Shown piece by piece: positions 19,938 to 30,564 of a stretch of DNA of 48,041 nucleotides. A model generated the notes under the pieces. It saw only the letters and a list, made by a program, of their open reading frames with translations, was not told the origin of the DNA and ran no database searches. Both the position numbers and the translations under genes were made by a program. Positions within the stretch are counted from its first letter, which is position 1, and each line of letters opens with the position of its first letter. The DNA is taken from positions 1 through 48,041 of the IMG/VR virus record IMGVR_UViG_3300045000_000008. One strand, given 5' to 3'. This stretch comes from a virus. Lineage: Duplodnaviria > Caudoviricetes.

Positions 19938-22900
19938 GTGGTCGCTCCCACATTCGCCACAATCGGCGCCGCTACTTCCGGTGTCACTGGAACGTCTGTC
20001 GCTATTGCCGTTCCCAGCGGAGTGGCCGTCAATGACATTATCCTGGTCCATCTCTACAAGGAAAACGCTGACGTTGTCTCCCAGGGGGCCGGTCAGGGTT
20101 TTTCCCAGATCGGTTCTCCTGCCGCCACTACCACGGGCACTGACGTTCAATGGCATTACATCTTCTGGAAGCGCGCCACTGCCGCGGACTCCGGAACGTA
20201 TACGTTCTCTTGGACGAACTCTACTTATCGAGTTGGTGTTGCGGAACGCTATACCGGCTGTGTAACTACCGGTAACCCTTATGATGCTTCCGTCGGAACA
20301 GCCTCGCGTGATACTAACGGTACAACTACTCCGGCAGTTTCGCTAACAACTGCTGGCGCAGATCGGCTGTTGGTTTGGTCCGGTACTGACTTCAACACGT
20401 CGTCCTGGACTCCACCCGCTAGCTACACTGAGCGCCTCACTACAGACGCGACTATCACGGTAGCAACTAGGACGCAAGCTGTTGCCGGTGCTACAGGCAG
20501 CGTTACTGGTGTTGCTAGCGTTTCCTCAACTCAGACTGCTCGATTGATTGCCCTTATTCCTACCGGTAGCCCCACGGCTCCCACTGTGGATGCTGGCGTC
20601 GATGCCACTCACACTGTCAGCACTACATTCTCCCGTACTGCTACCGAGGCTGACAACGGCGCAGCGATTACGGCACGAGCCTGGACTATTGTCTCTGGTC
20701 CGGCTGGTGCTGGATCTACCATTGGTACAGCGGCGGCGCTTTCGTGGGCTCCCTCAACTGTCGGCACTTACGTCATTCGGTATTCTGCTACGAACTCCGT
20801 AGGTACCACCACTGATGATGCCACTATCACGGTACAGGCAGCTAGCACGACACCTACCATTCGCGAATTCTTAATTGCTACGGGCACCGGTACCGTCTCT
20901 GTTGTTACCGGCGCTGGTACTCAGGTCGGCGATCTCATTGTCGCTTTCCATCAAACAGCATTCCGTGCCGCGACAGACTTGGTATCTCCTTCCGGTTCAG
21001 CGGGTACCTGGACTCAGATCAACACCGCTCAAGATGCTGGTACGGGTACTATTCGTATCCGTGCCTGGTATCGATTTGTTACTGCCGCTGGCGCAAATAC
21101 TGTCACCGCAGCACCTCCAGGCTCCGCTAACACCAACGCAATTGCCGTCTACGTTATCTCTGGTACTGATGACACAGCACCGATTAACGCTTCCGATCCA
21201 GCTAACGACATTGCGAATCCCCAACCGGTTGGCCCGGTAACTACCACAGCACCCACGCGATTGATTGGTGCGTGGGGCGCTTATGGTGGCTCGATAACTT
21301 ACACTGCGGCACCAACCGGCATGAGCATGGTGGCTCCTGCTGGTGGTACTGAGAAGCTTTCTAGCTCTACCAACAACGCTTTGATGGCGGCTTCTCAGGC
21401 GCTTCTTACTACGGGTTCCACGGGTACACGTTCTCCCACCACTACTGGTACTCCCACTTCCTGGGCATCTGTTCTTGTTGCTGTTCGAGGGCCGACCGCA
21501 GTAGCACCTACTGTTGCAGTTGGCGCAGATATCTTTGCCGACCAATACGAGACTGTCACCCGTACCGCTACCGAGAACAATGGCGGCGCTACCATTACCT
21601 CTAGGGCTTGGACGGTTCAGTCCGGCCCGAATCAGGTTGGCGCAACCATTGGCACAGCGGCCGCTCTGAGCTGGGCACCTACTGTGGGTGGAGATTACGT
21701 ACTCCGCTACACGGCAACCAACTCGGCTGGCTCTCACTTCGACGAACTCACCGTCTTCGTTACCCCACTCAACTTCCCCGTTACGGCTAACATAAAACTG
21801 ACGGGTACTAGAGTTGGAGCCAAGAGGGTTCCGGGAGCGGTCACAGCTCCTATCGTTCTGGCGGCTACTCGCACAGGAGCGAAGCGAGGAAGCTTCTCTC
21901 CAGCATTCAACCTCAAGCTTGCCGCATCTATTGTTGGTCTGAGGATCAACACCGTATCGGCCACGATCAAGCTTCACGCTGCGGCTATTAATACTGGCCG
22001 ACCAGGACAGGGTTCTGTAACCGCCGCACTTAAGCTGTCGGCTAGTGCTACTGCTACTCGCGTAACTACAGGCATCACTCGCACAGCGACTATCCGTCTT
22101 CACGCTACTAGTACTGGTGTCAATCATCGCTCTGGTGCTGTATCTGATTCCATCATTCTCGCTGCCTCTCTGACAGGTGCGAAGAAGTCTATTCCTAGAA
22201 GCGTCAGTGCCAATATCCGTCTCGCGGCGAGTATCGCTAACGTCTTCCACGCCTCTTACGCAAACGCCGTAGCCAATCTCATTCTTCACGGAGCTGCTAC
22301 TGCTCCCTATCACGACACGGCAGATGTAAATGTTCTTGCGAACCTGATCCTTCACGGCACACCAGCTACCCACAGCGTTCGATTCAATGCTCCTGTTGCC
22401 GCAAACATTATCCTTCGGGCTACCGCATTCGGTCAACGCATCATCACTGAGGTTGCTGGGGCCGTTCTTCCTCGCGCCGACAACACCACTCAGTACGAAC
22501 TTGTCTGCGTTGCGAGAATCCCCCAGACTAATGGCGCCCCGGTATTTATCGAAGTGGACCCCATTGACTGGACACAGATCACGCACACCGATGAGCTGAG
22601 CGTTATCCCTAGCCTCTCGGCATCCGCCAAGATTTCCAACATGACTGAGCCTGTACTCCAGCGGTTGCGTAACATGGCGGAACTTCCCACGGAGCTGTGG
22701 CTGTACCGAAATGGTAAACAAGTGTTCTCTGGGCCGCTTCTGGGATGGACGGTTAACAACGAGTCTCTGACCATGGAGGCTCAGGGTCTCATGTCTTATC
22801 TCAAGATGATGTACGTCACTCAGGATCTGGTGTACAAGGACATCGATCAATTCGAGGTTGTGACTGGTCTTATCAATCAATGGCAGAATCTGGACTACGG

Positions 22901-23549
22901 TAACTTCGGCATTGACACTGCGGAGATCCCCCCGTCGGGTGTGCTGCGTACCGTCACGTATACTTATAAAGAACTTCACAATGTCGCTCAGCGTATCGAC
23001 GATCTCACCAAAATGGTTAATGGTTTCGACATTTCTATTGACCCTGCCAAGAGGAAGCTCGAACTCTACTTCCCCTTCCGTGGAATAGACAGATCCTTTG
23101 GTGAGGACAAGATCGTCTTTGACGCTAGAAACGTTACCTCCACCAACATTGCTTGTTCTGCCGCACCTACTGACCTGGCTTCCGAGGGACTGGGTACTGG
23201 TACCGGCGCAGGGGCCGATGAGGCTTTCGTCTCCACGGCGTCTAACGCTGAACTCCGTGCCCGCTACGGCCGCACAGGTATTACTAGTACATTCGACCAG
23301 GTAACTGATCAGGCAAGCCTTGACTCTTATGTACAGGCCATGGTCGACGCGCGTGGAACGACTCTCATGATTCCTGGTCCTAATGCTCGTGTCACCATTG
23401 ACGCTGACGTCGGCGCGTACGATGTGGGAGACACTGTCGATTATCAGCTTCACTCTCAACTTGCCGTGTCTGGCTCATTCAGAATTCGCAAGCGGACTGT
23501 TACCGTGGCGGAAACCGGTACCGAATCTGTGTCCATCGAATTCGTGTAG
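19938..23549 (+). CDS. Large tail protein: duplicated adhesin/Ig-like units, repeat stalk, C-terminal baseplate hub (Tal-like)
   Basis: 1203 aa Thr/Ala-rich; internal duplication; C-terminal LYRNGKQVFSGP...YDVGDTV hub-like domain. Confidence 0.8.
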   Translation: MVAPTFATIGAATSGVTGTSVAIAVPSGVAVNDIILVHLYKENADVVSQGAGQGFSQIGSPAATTTGTDVQWHYIFWKRATAADSGTYTFSWTNSTYRVGVAERYTGCVTTGNPYDASVGTASRDTNGTTTPAVSLTTAGADRLLVWSGTDFNTSSWTPPASYTERLTTDATITVATRTQAVAGATGSVTGVASVSSTQTARLIALIPTGSPTAPTVDAGVDATHTVSTTFSRTATEADNGAAITARAWTIVSGPAGAGSTIGTAAALSWAPSTVGTYVIRYSATNSVGTTTDDATITVQAASTTPTIREFLIATGTGTVSVVTGAGTQVGDLIVAFHQTAFRAATDLVSPSGSAGTWTQINTAQDAGTGTIRIRAWYRFVTAAGANTVTAAPPGSANTNAIAVYVISGTDDTAPINASDPANDIANPQPVGPVTTTAPTRLIGAWGAYGGSITYTAAPTGMSMVAPAGGTEKLSSSTNNALMAASQALLTTGSTGTRSPTTTGTPTSWASVLVAVRGPTAVAPTVAVGADIFADQYETVTRTATENNGGATITSRAWTVQSGPNQVGATIGTAAALSWAPTVGGDYVLRYTATNSAGSHFDELTVFVTPLNFPVTANIKLTGTRVGAKRVPGAVTAPIVLAATRTGAKRGSFSPAFNLKLAASIVGLRINTVSATIKLHAAAINTGRPGQGSVTAALKLSASATATRVTTGITRTATIRLHATSTGVNHRSGAVSDSIILAASLTGAKKSIPRSVSANIRLAASIANVFHASYANAVANLILHGAATAPYHDTADVNVLANLILHGTPATHSVRFNAPVAANIILRATAFGQRIITEVAGAVLPRADNTTQYELVCVARIPQTNGAPVFIEVDPIDWTQITHTDELSVIPSLSASAKISNMTEPVLQRLRNMAELPTELWLYRNGKQVFSGPLLGWTVNNESLTMEAQGLMSYLKMMYVTQDLVYKDIDQFEVVTGLINQWQNLDYGNFGIDTAEIPPSGVLRTVTYTYKELHNVAQRIDDLTKMVNGFDISIDPAKRKLELYFPFRGIDRSFGEDKIVFDARNVTSTNIACSAAPTDLASEGLGTGTGAGADEAFVSTASNAELRARYGRTGITSTFDQVTDQASLDSYVQAMVDARGTTLMIPGPNARVTIDADVGAYDVGDTVDYQLHSQLAVSGSFRIRKRTVTVAETGTESVSIEFV

Positions 23550-23558
23550 GGAAATGGC

Positions 23559-24248
23559 ATGGCTGACGACAGACCAGCAGAAGACCCAGTAGAAGCAATT
23601 GCCCGCATCAGTCGAGAGTTAGAAGACCTCAGAACTACTACGGCTGCTAGACTTATTAGGCGGCCAGTCGGGGACATCGAGGCTGTTCTACTCTCTTCAC
23701 CCAAGACGGACACTCTTCTTCTCCAAGGTCAAACTGTTAATCGTGCCGACTATCCTGGCCTGTGGCAATGGGTCGAATCAAAAGGTCTCAGTCCCTCTGT
23801 CTTTGGGGCTGGGAATGGGACGACCACCTTTGTGCTTCCTGATTTCAGGGGTCGTGTAATTCGTGGGTCTAACGCGACAGACGGTGTCGGCATAACGGTC
23901 GGCGCTGACAGCATCGTGTTGACCGCGGCGCAAATGCCGCAGCACACCCACACCCTTAATACGGTTGCTAATCACCAACACGCTAGAGGTGGCGGCAACC
24001 GATTCACTAACACGATCCCCGATCACGGCGCGCACGTGTCCAGCGCAAACGTCAACCACCCAACTGGTACCGGTTATATGCACGGTCACACACCGAGTTG
24101 GGGAGCTGGAGAAGGATCTCACAACCACACGGTAGATCCTGGTGATGCGGCCGGAGGACACACTCACTCCGTCGGCAATGCTGGAACAGGAACGGCGTTC
24201 GACAATCGCCAGGCATCTATCGGTGTCAACTGGCTGATCTGGACCTAG
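23559..24248 (+). CDS. Tail collar domain fiber protein
   Basis: GQTVNRADYPGL...GNGTTTFVLPDFRGR collar motif; repeated HxH motifs. Confidence 0.85.
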   Translation: MADDRPAEDPVEAIARISRELEDLRTTTAARLIRRPVGDIEAVLLSSPKTDTLLLQGQTVNRADYPGLWQWVESKGLSPSVFGAGNGTTTFVLPDFRGRVIRGSNATDGVGITVGADSIVLTAAQMPQHTHTLNTVANHQHARGGGNRFTNTIPDHGAHVSSANVNHPTGTGYMHGHTPSWGAGEGSHNHTVDPGDAAGGHTHSVGNAGTGTAFDNRQASIGVNWLIWT

Positions 24249-24256
24249 GAGAAGCC

Positions 24257-25188
<932 letters not shown>

Positions 25189-25232
25189 CCTGTCCTCGCA
25201 CCAGCCGGTATGATGAACTATCATAGTGAGGC

Positions 25233-25439
25233 ATGGGACCGAAGAATCGGTGTGGCAGATGTCGGAAGCTATTCCGAGTAACGGAAAGCTACAGTAAATG
25301 TGTAGCTTGTATCCTAGCCAACCCAAGGGTCTTGAATGATAGATTCAATCAACTGGTCGCTGCGTCTCTAGGAGACCTAGCCGAATACTTGGAGAGATGG
25401 TATGGTGAGGCCCCTGTTGATTCTGTCGGCTCGACATAG
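25233..25439 (+). CDS. Small CxxC-CxxC protein
   Basis: CGRC...CVAC; GAGG RBS. Confidence 0.5.
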   Translation: MGPKNRCGRCRKLFRVTESYSKCVACILANPRVLNDRFNQLVAASLGDLAEYLERWYGEAPVDSVGST

Positions 25440-25830
25440 ACCCCTAGAAATAGCGGTACTTCTAGCCTCATTATTGACAGGGGTCTTCGGCCTCTTCTCT
25501 TCCACTTCTGGACAAACCATTAACTCCATCGATAGAATCCTTCCGGGTTATGGATGGGTATGGTATGGAGGTATTACGCTAGGTGCTCTAATAGCTATAG
25601 CCAGCATCTTTATGAGCATCCCTAGTTCTCTGTTATGGGAACGCATCGGGCTTTCCATTCTTTCTACCTTCTTCATTGGATACTCATTCGCCTCGGTCAC
25701 ATTCGCTGGCGCTGTTGGACTACGCGGTTCATTATTTCTTTTAGCCTTTGGTTTGGGGGCGCTCTTCCGGGCTAGACAAATTACGCAGGATCTCCGCATG
25801 TTGGAGAATGCAGTAAAGGAGAAGCGATGA
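25402..25830 (+). CDS. Multi-pass membrane protein (holin-like)
   Basis: About four hydrophobic segments; lysis-cassette position. Confidence 0.65.
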   Translation: MVRPLLILSARHRPLEIAVLLASLLTGVFGLFSSTSGQTINSIDRILPGYGWVWYGGITLGALIAIASIFMSIPSSLLWERIGLSILSTFFIGYSFASVTFAGAVGLRGSLFLLAFGLGALFRARQITQDLRMLENAVKEKR

Positions 25831-26204
25831 TGGAACTACAAACCATCGTTCTCCTTCTGGGGACGTTCACTGGTGTAGCTACTTCGGCCGTCCTTATCTT
25901 CAAGGCGAGAGCTGAAAGAAAGAAGCTCACTAATGAGAGCGGTAAGATTTCTGCCGACGCCGCTCAAGTAATATCCAACTCAGCGGTAGCTCTGTTGGCC
26001 CCAATGCAGGAACAGATCACTCACTTAGAGGCTCGCCTGTCTGCGGCCAACAAGCAGATCCTTGATCTGGATAGACAGCTCCAAACAACCACGCAAGACC
26101 TTCGGGATACCAACCGGCAACTCAACATAGCGATGGATCGTGTTGAGGAGCTGGAAGGTATCGTCGAAAGAACACGACAAAGGAATAAGGAGAACCCAGA
26201 ATGA
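25827..26204 (+). CDS. Membrane-anchored coiled-coil protein (lysis cassette)
   Basis: N-terminal TM followed by long heptad repeats. Confidence 0.7.
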   Translation: MMELQTIVLLLGTFTGVATSAVLIFKARAERKKLTNESGKISADAAQVISNSAVALLAPMQEQITHLEARLSAANKQILDLDRQLQTTTQDLRDTNRQLNIAMDRVEELEGIVERTRQRNKENPE

Positions 26205-26440
26205 AGACCGTTGGTTACTCGCCTAAGGCGATCTGGACCACCGTTTTCAGTGGCGCGCTTGGCACTGTCCTCGCGCTTCTGACCCTGTTTCAGGAAAACC
26301 CTGAACTCATGGGTCCACTTCCGGCGCCTGTGCAGGCTCTCATCCTGCTCGTGCTCCCTGCACTGGGTACCTGGATCACGGGCTACTACTCCAAGCCTGG
26401 TGAAGTTGTGGAAGACACGTCGGCGAATCGGGGTATCTGA
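26201..26440 (+). CDS. Probable holin (2 TM)
   Basis: 79 aa, two TM helices, GY-x-x-P tail. Confidence 0.6.
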   Translation: MKTVGYSPKAIWTTVFSGALGTVLALLTLFQENPELMGPLPAPVQALILLVLPALGTWITGYYSKPGEVVEDTSANRGI

Positions 26441-27051
26441 TGAAGGTACGTTCCTTCCTTACTATTGCGGCTACGTCTGTTCTAGCTCTTGGCCTGATGT
26501 CAAGTGTAGCTCTTGCCCAAGTCCCAGACCCTCAAGTAGTCAGTATTGAAACTAAGGTTGCTTGCGGAACTGTCACGGTGACGCTTGTCAACAAGGACAC
26601 TGGGGAGTACGGCTTCCGCTGGAACACCGTTCCCGGTAATGGCGGTAGCGTTGGCGTCAAGACTGGGGTCATTTCAGTGGCCTCTAACAAGACGGCTACT
26701 CAAACCATTCGCCTTGAAGAAGATTCCTACGATGGTGTTGCCGCTTTCACTATGCACGCTATCTACGGGCCTAACGGATTCAAGCAGAAGACGGTAGAGC
26801 TGTACCCTATCGACACTGACTGTGAGCCTCCGGCTGAACCGACTACGGTTCCACCGCCTCCGCCTACCACTACGCCAGTTCCTCCTCCCACTACCAACCC
26901 AGTTCCGCCTACGAGTACTTCTGTGAATCCTCCTCCTCCTGTCGTTGTTAATCCACCACCGAACACTGTGATTGTCGTTCCTCCTGCTGTGAACAACTCT
27001 AACGACGTGCCCGTGGGCGGCGTCGCTACCGGAGATGGATCGAGTCTGTAA
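26440..27051 (+). CDS. Secreted Pro-rich protein, probable class F sortase substrate
   Basis: Signal peptide (VALA-Q), beta domain with 2 Cys, poly-Pro linker, C-terminal VPVGGVATGDGS. Confidence 0.75.
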   Translation: MKVRSFLTIAATSVLALGLMSSVALAQVPDPQVVSIETKVACGTVTVTLVNKDTGEYGFRWNTVPGNGGSVGVKTGVISVASNKTATQTIRLEEDSYDGVAAFTMHAIYGPNGFKQKTVELYPIDTDCEPPAEPTTVPPPPPTTTPVPPPTTNPVPPTSTSVNPPPPVVVNPPPNTVIVVPPAVNNSNDVPVGGVATGDGSSL

Positions 27052-27054
27052 CAA

Positions 27055-27627
27055 ATGAAGAAACTAATAGGGCTCCTGGCCCTGTTGGTTCTGGTCGGGT
27101 GCGGCACTTCCGTTTCGGGGGTGCCGCATTCGTCTGTTGAGACCAACACGCCAGCAGTAGCAATCCCACAATTCATCGACAAGCCCCTACACATCTCCAT
27201 CCCTGTCATTAATGTTGAGTCGGATCTCGTTGAGACTGACCTCAACAAAGACGGGACCATCGAGGTACCACCAATCGATCAACCCAAACAGGCTAGCTGG
27301 TATGGCCGATTCGCTAAGCCTGGCGAGTCTGGCCGACCGGCCGTGATCCTGGGGCACGTGGACGGCCGAGGACAAGAGGGCATCTTCTACGACCTAAAGA
27401 ACATCAAGAATGGAGATGAGATTCACATCGACGATAAGATATTCATTGTTTACAACAAGCTGAAAGTCTCTAAGCAAACCTTCCCCACTAACCACGTTTA
27501 CGGAAATACGGAAGAGCCTGAGATTAGATTAATAACTTGTGGCGGAGTGTTCGACCAAAAGAGTGGTCACTATACGGACAACTGGGTAGTCTTTGCGAGA
27601 ATTACACAGATGGAGTCTAGACATTGA
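27055..27627 (+). CDS. Class F sortase (lipoprotein)
   Basis: Lipobox LVGC; PGESG-PAVILGHVD; RLITCGG-FD; YTDNWVVFA. Confidence 0.9.
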   Translation: MKKLIGLLALLVLVGCGTSVSGVPHSSVETNTPAVAIPQFIDKPLHISIPVINVESDLVETDLNKDGTIEVPPIDQPKQASWYGRFAKPGESGRPAVILGHVDGRGQEGIFYDLKNIKNGDEIHIDDKIFIVYNKLKVSKQTFPTNHVYGNTEEPEIRLITCGGVFDQKSGHYTDNWVVFARITQMESRH

Positions 27628-27646
27628 ATCATTTCTGTGCTAAGCT
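27618..27646 (+). promoter_or_regulatory. SigA-type promoter for replication module
   Basis: TAGACA-N17-TAAGCT with TG extended -10. Confidence 0.55.
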
Positions 27647-27697
27647 GGAGATTGCGCTCCCTCTTGCCTCCGGGCACCCCGAGATAGAACGGATCGA

Positions 27698-28849
27698 TTG
27701 ATGCATGAGATTCACACTTCCGAACGTAGATCCGCACGAGGTTGCCGACGCCGCTGGGATTGGGCGTATAGACAAGGGTACGTGCCTGACGTAACGGCCA
27801 AGCCCCTTGAGTTCGGAATCGCTTTCCACGAAGCGCTAGATGTGTTCTTCACTCCGGCCACGTGGGCGACTACCGCTCGGGATGAGAAGCTAGCTATGGC
27901 TTCTCTCAAGTTCGTCACGCTTTGCCATGAGCAAAGGGAAACCTTTCTCAAGAACACTGGGCAACGTGAACTTGAGCAGGCTAACGGCGATGACTACTCA
28001 GACCGTATTGAGCTTGGTCTTGGGATGCTGGCTCATTACGCCAATGAGGTTCATCCTCAAGCGGATACTTGGTTCAAGCCTATCGCTACCGAGATTCCAT
28101 TTGAGGTTCCGCTTTTCTACCCAGGCACCGATATCCCGTTGGTGTGTACGAACTCTCCAGTCTGCGGACAGATCCACGAGAACTCCGGACCTGACTCGCA
28201 TGTCTATTACGCTGGACGAGTCGACATGCTCATTGAGGATATCCGCTTCGGTGGATACTTCGTTTGGGATCACAAGACCGCTGCTCAACTCGCAGACGAT
28301 CATGGCTTTCTCCAGCTTGATGACCAGGTTGGTTCGTACTGTTGGGCACTCGCTGTCAAGCTGAATCTCGATATCAAGGGATTCGTTTACGCGGAGTACC
28401 GCAAGGGTTTCCCCAAGCCACCCGAGCAGCTTAAGCGGCTGTCATCCGGTCGATCCTTCTCGACCAATAAGAACCAAGCCACCTCACTCGAAATCTTCAC
28501 TAACCATGTCATGAAGTATGACACGGAAGCTTTCGAGGATGGCAAGTACTTTGAGTACATCGAACACTTGAAGGAAACGGCTCCCAAGTACCAACAGCGG
28601 TTCATCATTATCAAGAGCGATGAGGAAATGAATCACATTGGTGATAACCTCACGCTTGAAGCGATGGACATGATTGATCCTAACCTCCGAATCTACCCTT
28701 CGGTTGGCCGTTACGGTTGTAGTAACTGCGCCTATAGGGAACCTTGTATTGCCCAGTTCCGAGGAGAGGATTACCTGTACACCTTAGATAGCCTGTTCAC
28801 CAAGGTAGAACACCGTTACTACAACAAGGATCGGGTGAAGAATGGGTGA
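27698..28849 (+). CDS. Cas4/RecB-like PD-(D/E)XK exonuclease
   Basis: FGIAFHEAL, GRVD, WDHKT, QVGSY motifs; C-terminal CSNC-Y-C cluster. Confidence 0.85.
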   Translation: MMHEIHTSERRSARGCRRRWDWAYRQGYVPDVTAKPLEFGIAFHEALDVFFTPATWATTARDEKLAMASLKFVTLCHEQRETFLKNTGQRELEQANGDDYSDRIELGLGMLAHYANEVHPQADTWFKPIATEIPFEVPLFYPGTDIPLVCTNSPVCGQIHENSGPDSHVYYAGRVDMLIEDIRFGGYFVWDHKTAAQLADDHGFLQLDDQVGSYCWALAVKLNLDIKGFVYAEYRKGFPKPPEQLKRLSSGRSFSTNKNQATSLEIFTNHVMKYDTEAFEDGKYFEYIEHLKETAPKYQQRFIIIKSDEEMNHIGDNLTLEAMDMIDPNLRIYPSVGRYGCSNCAYREPCIAQFRGEDYLYTLDSLFTKVEHRYYNKDRVKNG

Positions 28850-29222
28850 CGCAACAGATGACATGGTGGGTGATGGAGTTCAGTATGCCAACACCGATGA
28901 GGCCATGGCTGTCGGGAAGGCCAATGAGCTGATTACCAAGCTTAATAAGATTGATCAGCGATGGGGAATTCATAAGCCCGATACCAAGATGCGTCGGTTT
29001 ATCGGTTACCGTCCTAATCCACCTGCTGAGTACTTTGAAAAGGGTACTGCTGCTCCGCCAAATGAACCACAGTACGAAGGTGTGGTTTTTACTGACGGAA
29101 GCGTTTCCCTGAGGTGGAGGACGGAATTCAAGTCCACTTCTGTCTGGCCAAGTTACGATGACTTCTTTCACGTCCATGGCCACCCCGAGTACGGGACCAT
29201 CATCGAATGGTTGGATGATTAA
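28842..29222 (+). CDS. Hypothetical phage protein
   Basis: EGVVFTDGSVSLRW...HGH motif. Confidence 0.7.
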   Translation: MGDATDDMVGDGVQYANTDEAMAVGKANELITKLNKIDQRWGIHKPDTKMRRFIGYRPNPPAEYFEKGTAAPPNEPQYEGVVFTDGSVSLRWRTEFKSTSVWPSYDDFFHVHGHPEYGTIIEWLDD

Positions 29223-30017
29223 TTGAGTGCACCCGCTAAGCTCTCTACTACCTCTATCGGTGGGTTGCAAGTAAGGCGTCCGGCTACAGAGGCTCCCTTC
29301 CTCAACATGCTTGTGTACGGCGGTTCGGGTGTTGGTAAGACTCTTCTTACCGGTACCGCTGCACACGTTCCGGAAATGTCTCCGATGCTTGTCATCGACG
29401 CTGAGGAGGGTTCCATGACCCTCAACGCACTTAGCGATGTTGCAGACAAGATTGACGTCGTCCCTATGCGGGACTGGCGCAAGATGCAATCTGTCTACAA
29501 CGATCTGTACTCGGGTCGTCTTCCGTACAAGACAGTTACGGTGGACTCCGGTACAGAAGTGCAGCAACTCGCTATGAATGACGTCCTCGGCGCCGATGGT
29601 AAGGTGCTGGATACGGGTATCACTCCTGAGTTTAAGGATTGGTACAAGAACACCGAACAGATTCGAAGGATGATTAGGGCGTTTCGGGATCTGCCGATGC
29701 ACACAATCATCACGGCCCTGGAGATGGATTCTCTCGATCCACGAACCAAGGTTACGATGAAGCGACCGGCTTTCTCTAACAAGCTCTCGCAGCAAATCCC
29801 CGCATTCTTCGACACTGTGCTTTACATGTACACGAAGGAGGTAAAGGGCGACGCACCAAACCTGCGACTTTGCCTGACAGATAAGACCGACAGGGTTGTG
29901 GCTAAGTGCCGCGCTCAGGGTGTGCCTCAAGTTATTGAGAACCCAACAATGCCTGTCCTCTACGATTACCTGATCCGTAAGCCACTCGCTAAGAATGGAG
30001 CTACACCTAATGTCTGA
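29223..30017 (+). CDS. AAA ATPase / Sak4-like recombinase
   Basis: LVYGGSGVGKT, IDAEEG, VTVDS; between exonuclease and SSB-like gene. Confidence 0.85.
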   Translation: MSAPAKLSTTSIGGLQVRRPATEAPFLNMLVYGGSGVGKTLLTGTAAHVPEMSPMLVIDAEEGSMTLNALSDVADKIDVVPMRDWRKMQSVYNDLYSGRLPYKTVTVDSGTEVQQLAMNDVLGADGKVLDTGITPEFKDWYKNTEQIRRMIRAFRDLPMHTIITALEMDSLDPRTKVTMKRPAFSNKLSQQIPAFFDTVLYMYTKEVKGDAPNLRLCLTDKTDRVVAKCRAQGVPQVIENPTMPVLYDYLIRKPLAKNGATPNV

Positions 30018-30477
30018 CCTTGATCTCCGTATTGATTTCACCGACGTTGAAGAGCAGACCGAGTTCAAGCCTGTTCCCCCGAGCAAGCAAAACGTCATGG
30101 TTACCGACTGGGACCAGGGCGAGACGGGCGAGAACTCCAAGGCTCCTGGATCGGCTAAGCTCACTCTCGAACTGACCATTCAGGATGACGACTACAACGG
30201 CCGTCGCATCTGGGATACCTTCACCTTTGGCGAGAAGAGCCTTTGGAAGATCAAGGGTCTTATGACTGCGGTTGGCGAGGACCTTAACCGGGCCTGGACC
30301 GTTGCCGAGATCATTGAACAGGCTCCTGAGTGGATCGGTAAGGAACTCACTGTCCGGCTGGCTGTTCAGCCTGCGCGTCGGGACGAGCGTACCGGCAATG
30401 AGTACCAGGCTCGCAACCAGGTTAAGAACTACTACCCCCTCGCTGAGGGCAGTGGTAGCTCTTCCCTGATGCCGTGA
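30010..30477 (+). CDS. ssDNA-binding-like protein (DUF669)
   Basis: FKPVP...YNGRRIWD...NQVK pattern; synteny. Confidence 0.7.
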   Translation: MSDLDLRIDFTDVEEQTEFKPVPPSKQNVMVTDWDQGETGENSKAPGSAKLTLELTIQDDDYNGRRIWDTFTFGEKSLWKIKGLMTAVGEDLNRAWTVAEIIEQAPEWIGKELTVRLAVQPARRDERTGNEYQARNQVKNYYPLAEGSGSSSLMP

Positions 30478-30496
30478 GCGAATAAGTAGCTGGGTT

Positions 30497-30528
30497 GGCC
30501 CCTCATCCTGATTCTGGGGTGGGGGGCC
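30497..30528 (+). terminator. GC-rich hairpin (terminator/attenuator-like)
   Basis: 14-bp stem with G-U pairs, ATTC loop, weak U tract. Confidence 0.5.
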
Positions 30529-30564
30529 TTCCTGTCCCCTCCTGGTGCAGCACGAAGGAACTGT

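Noticed and set aside
20997-23459. Long antisense ORFs (820 aa here; also 8171-9574, 16573-17976, 28797-30179)
   Set aside because: Shadows of well-supported plus-strand genes, with no recognisable motifs
27698-28849. Cas4-like gene as part of a CRISPR-Cas system
   Set aside because: No cas1/cas2 or array; it sits in a standard exonuclease-Sak4-SSB recombination module
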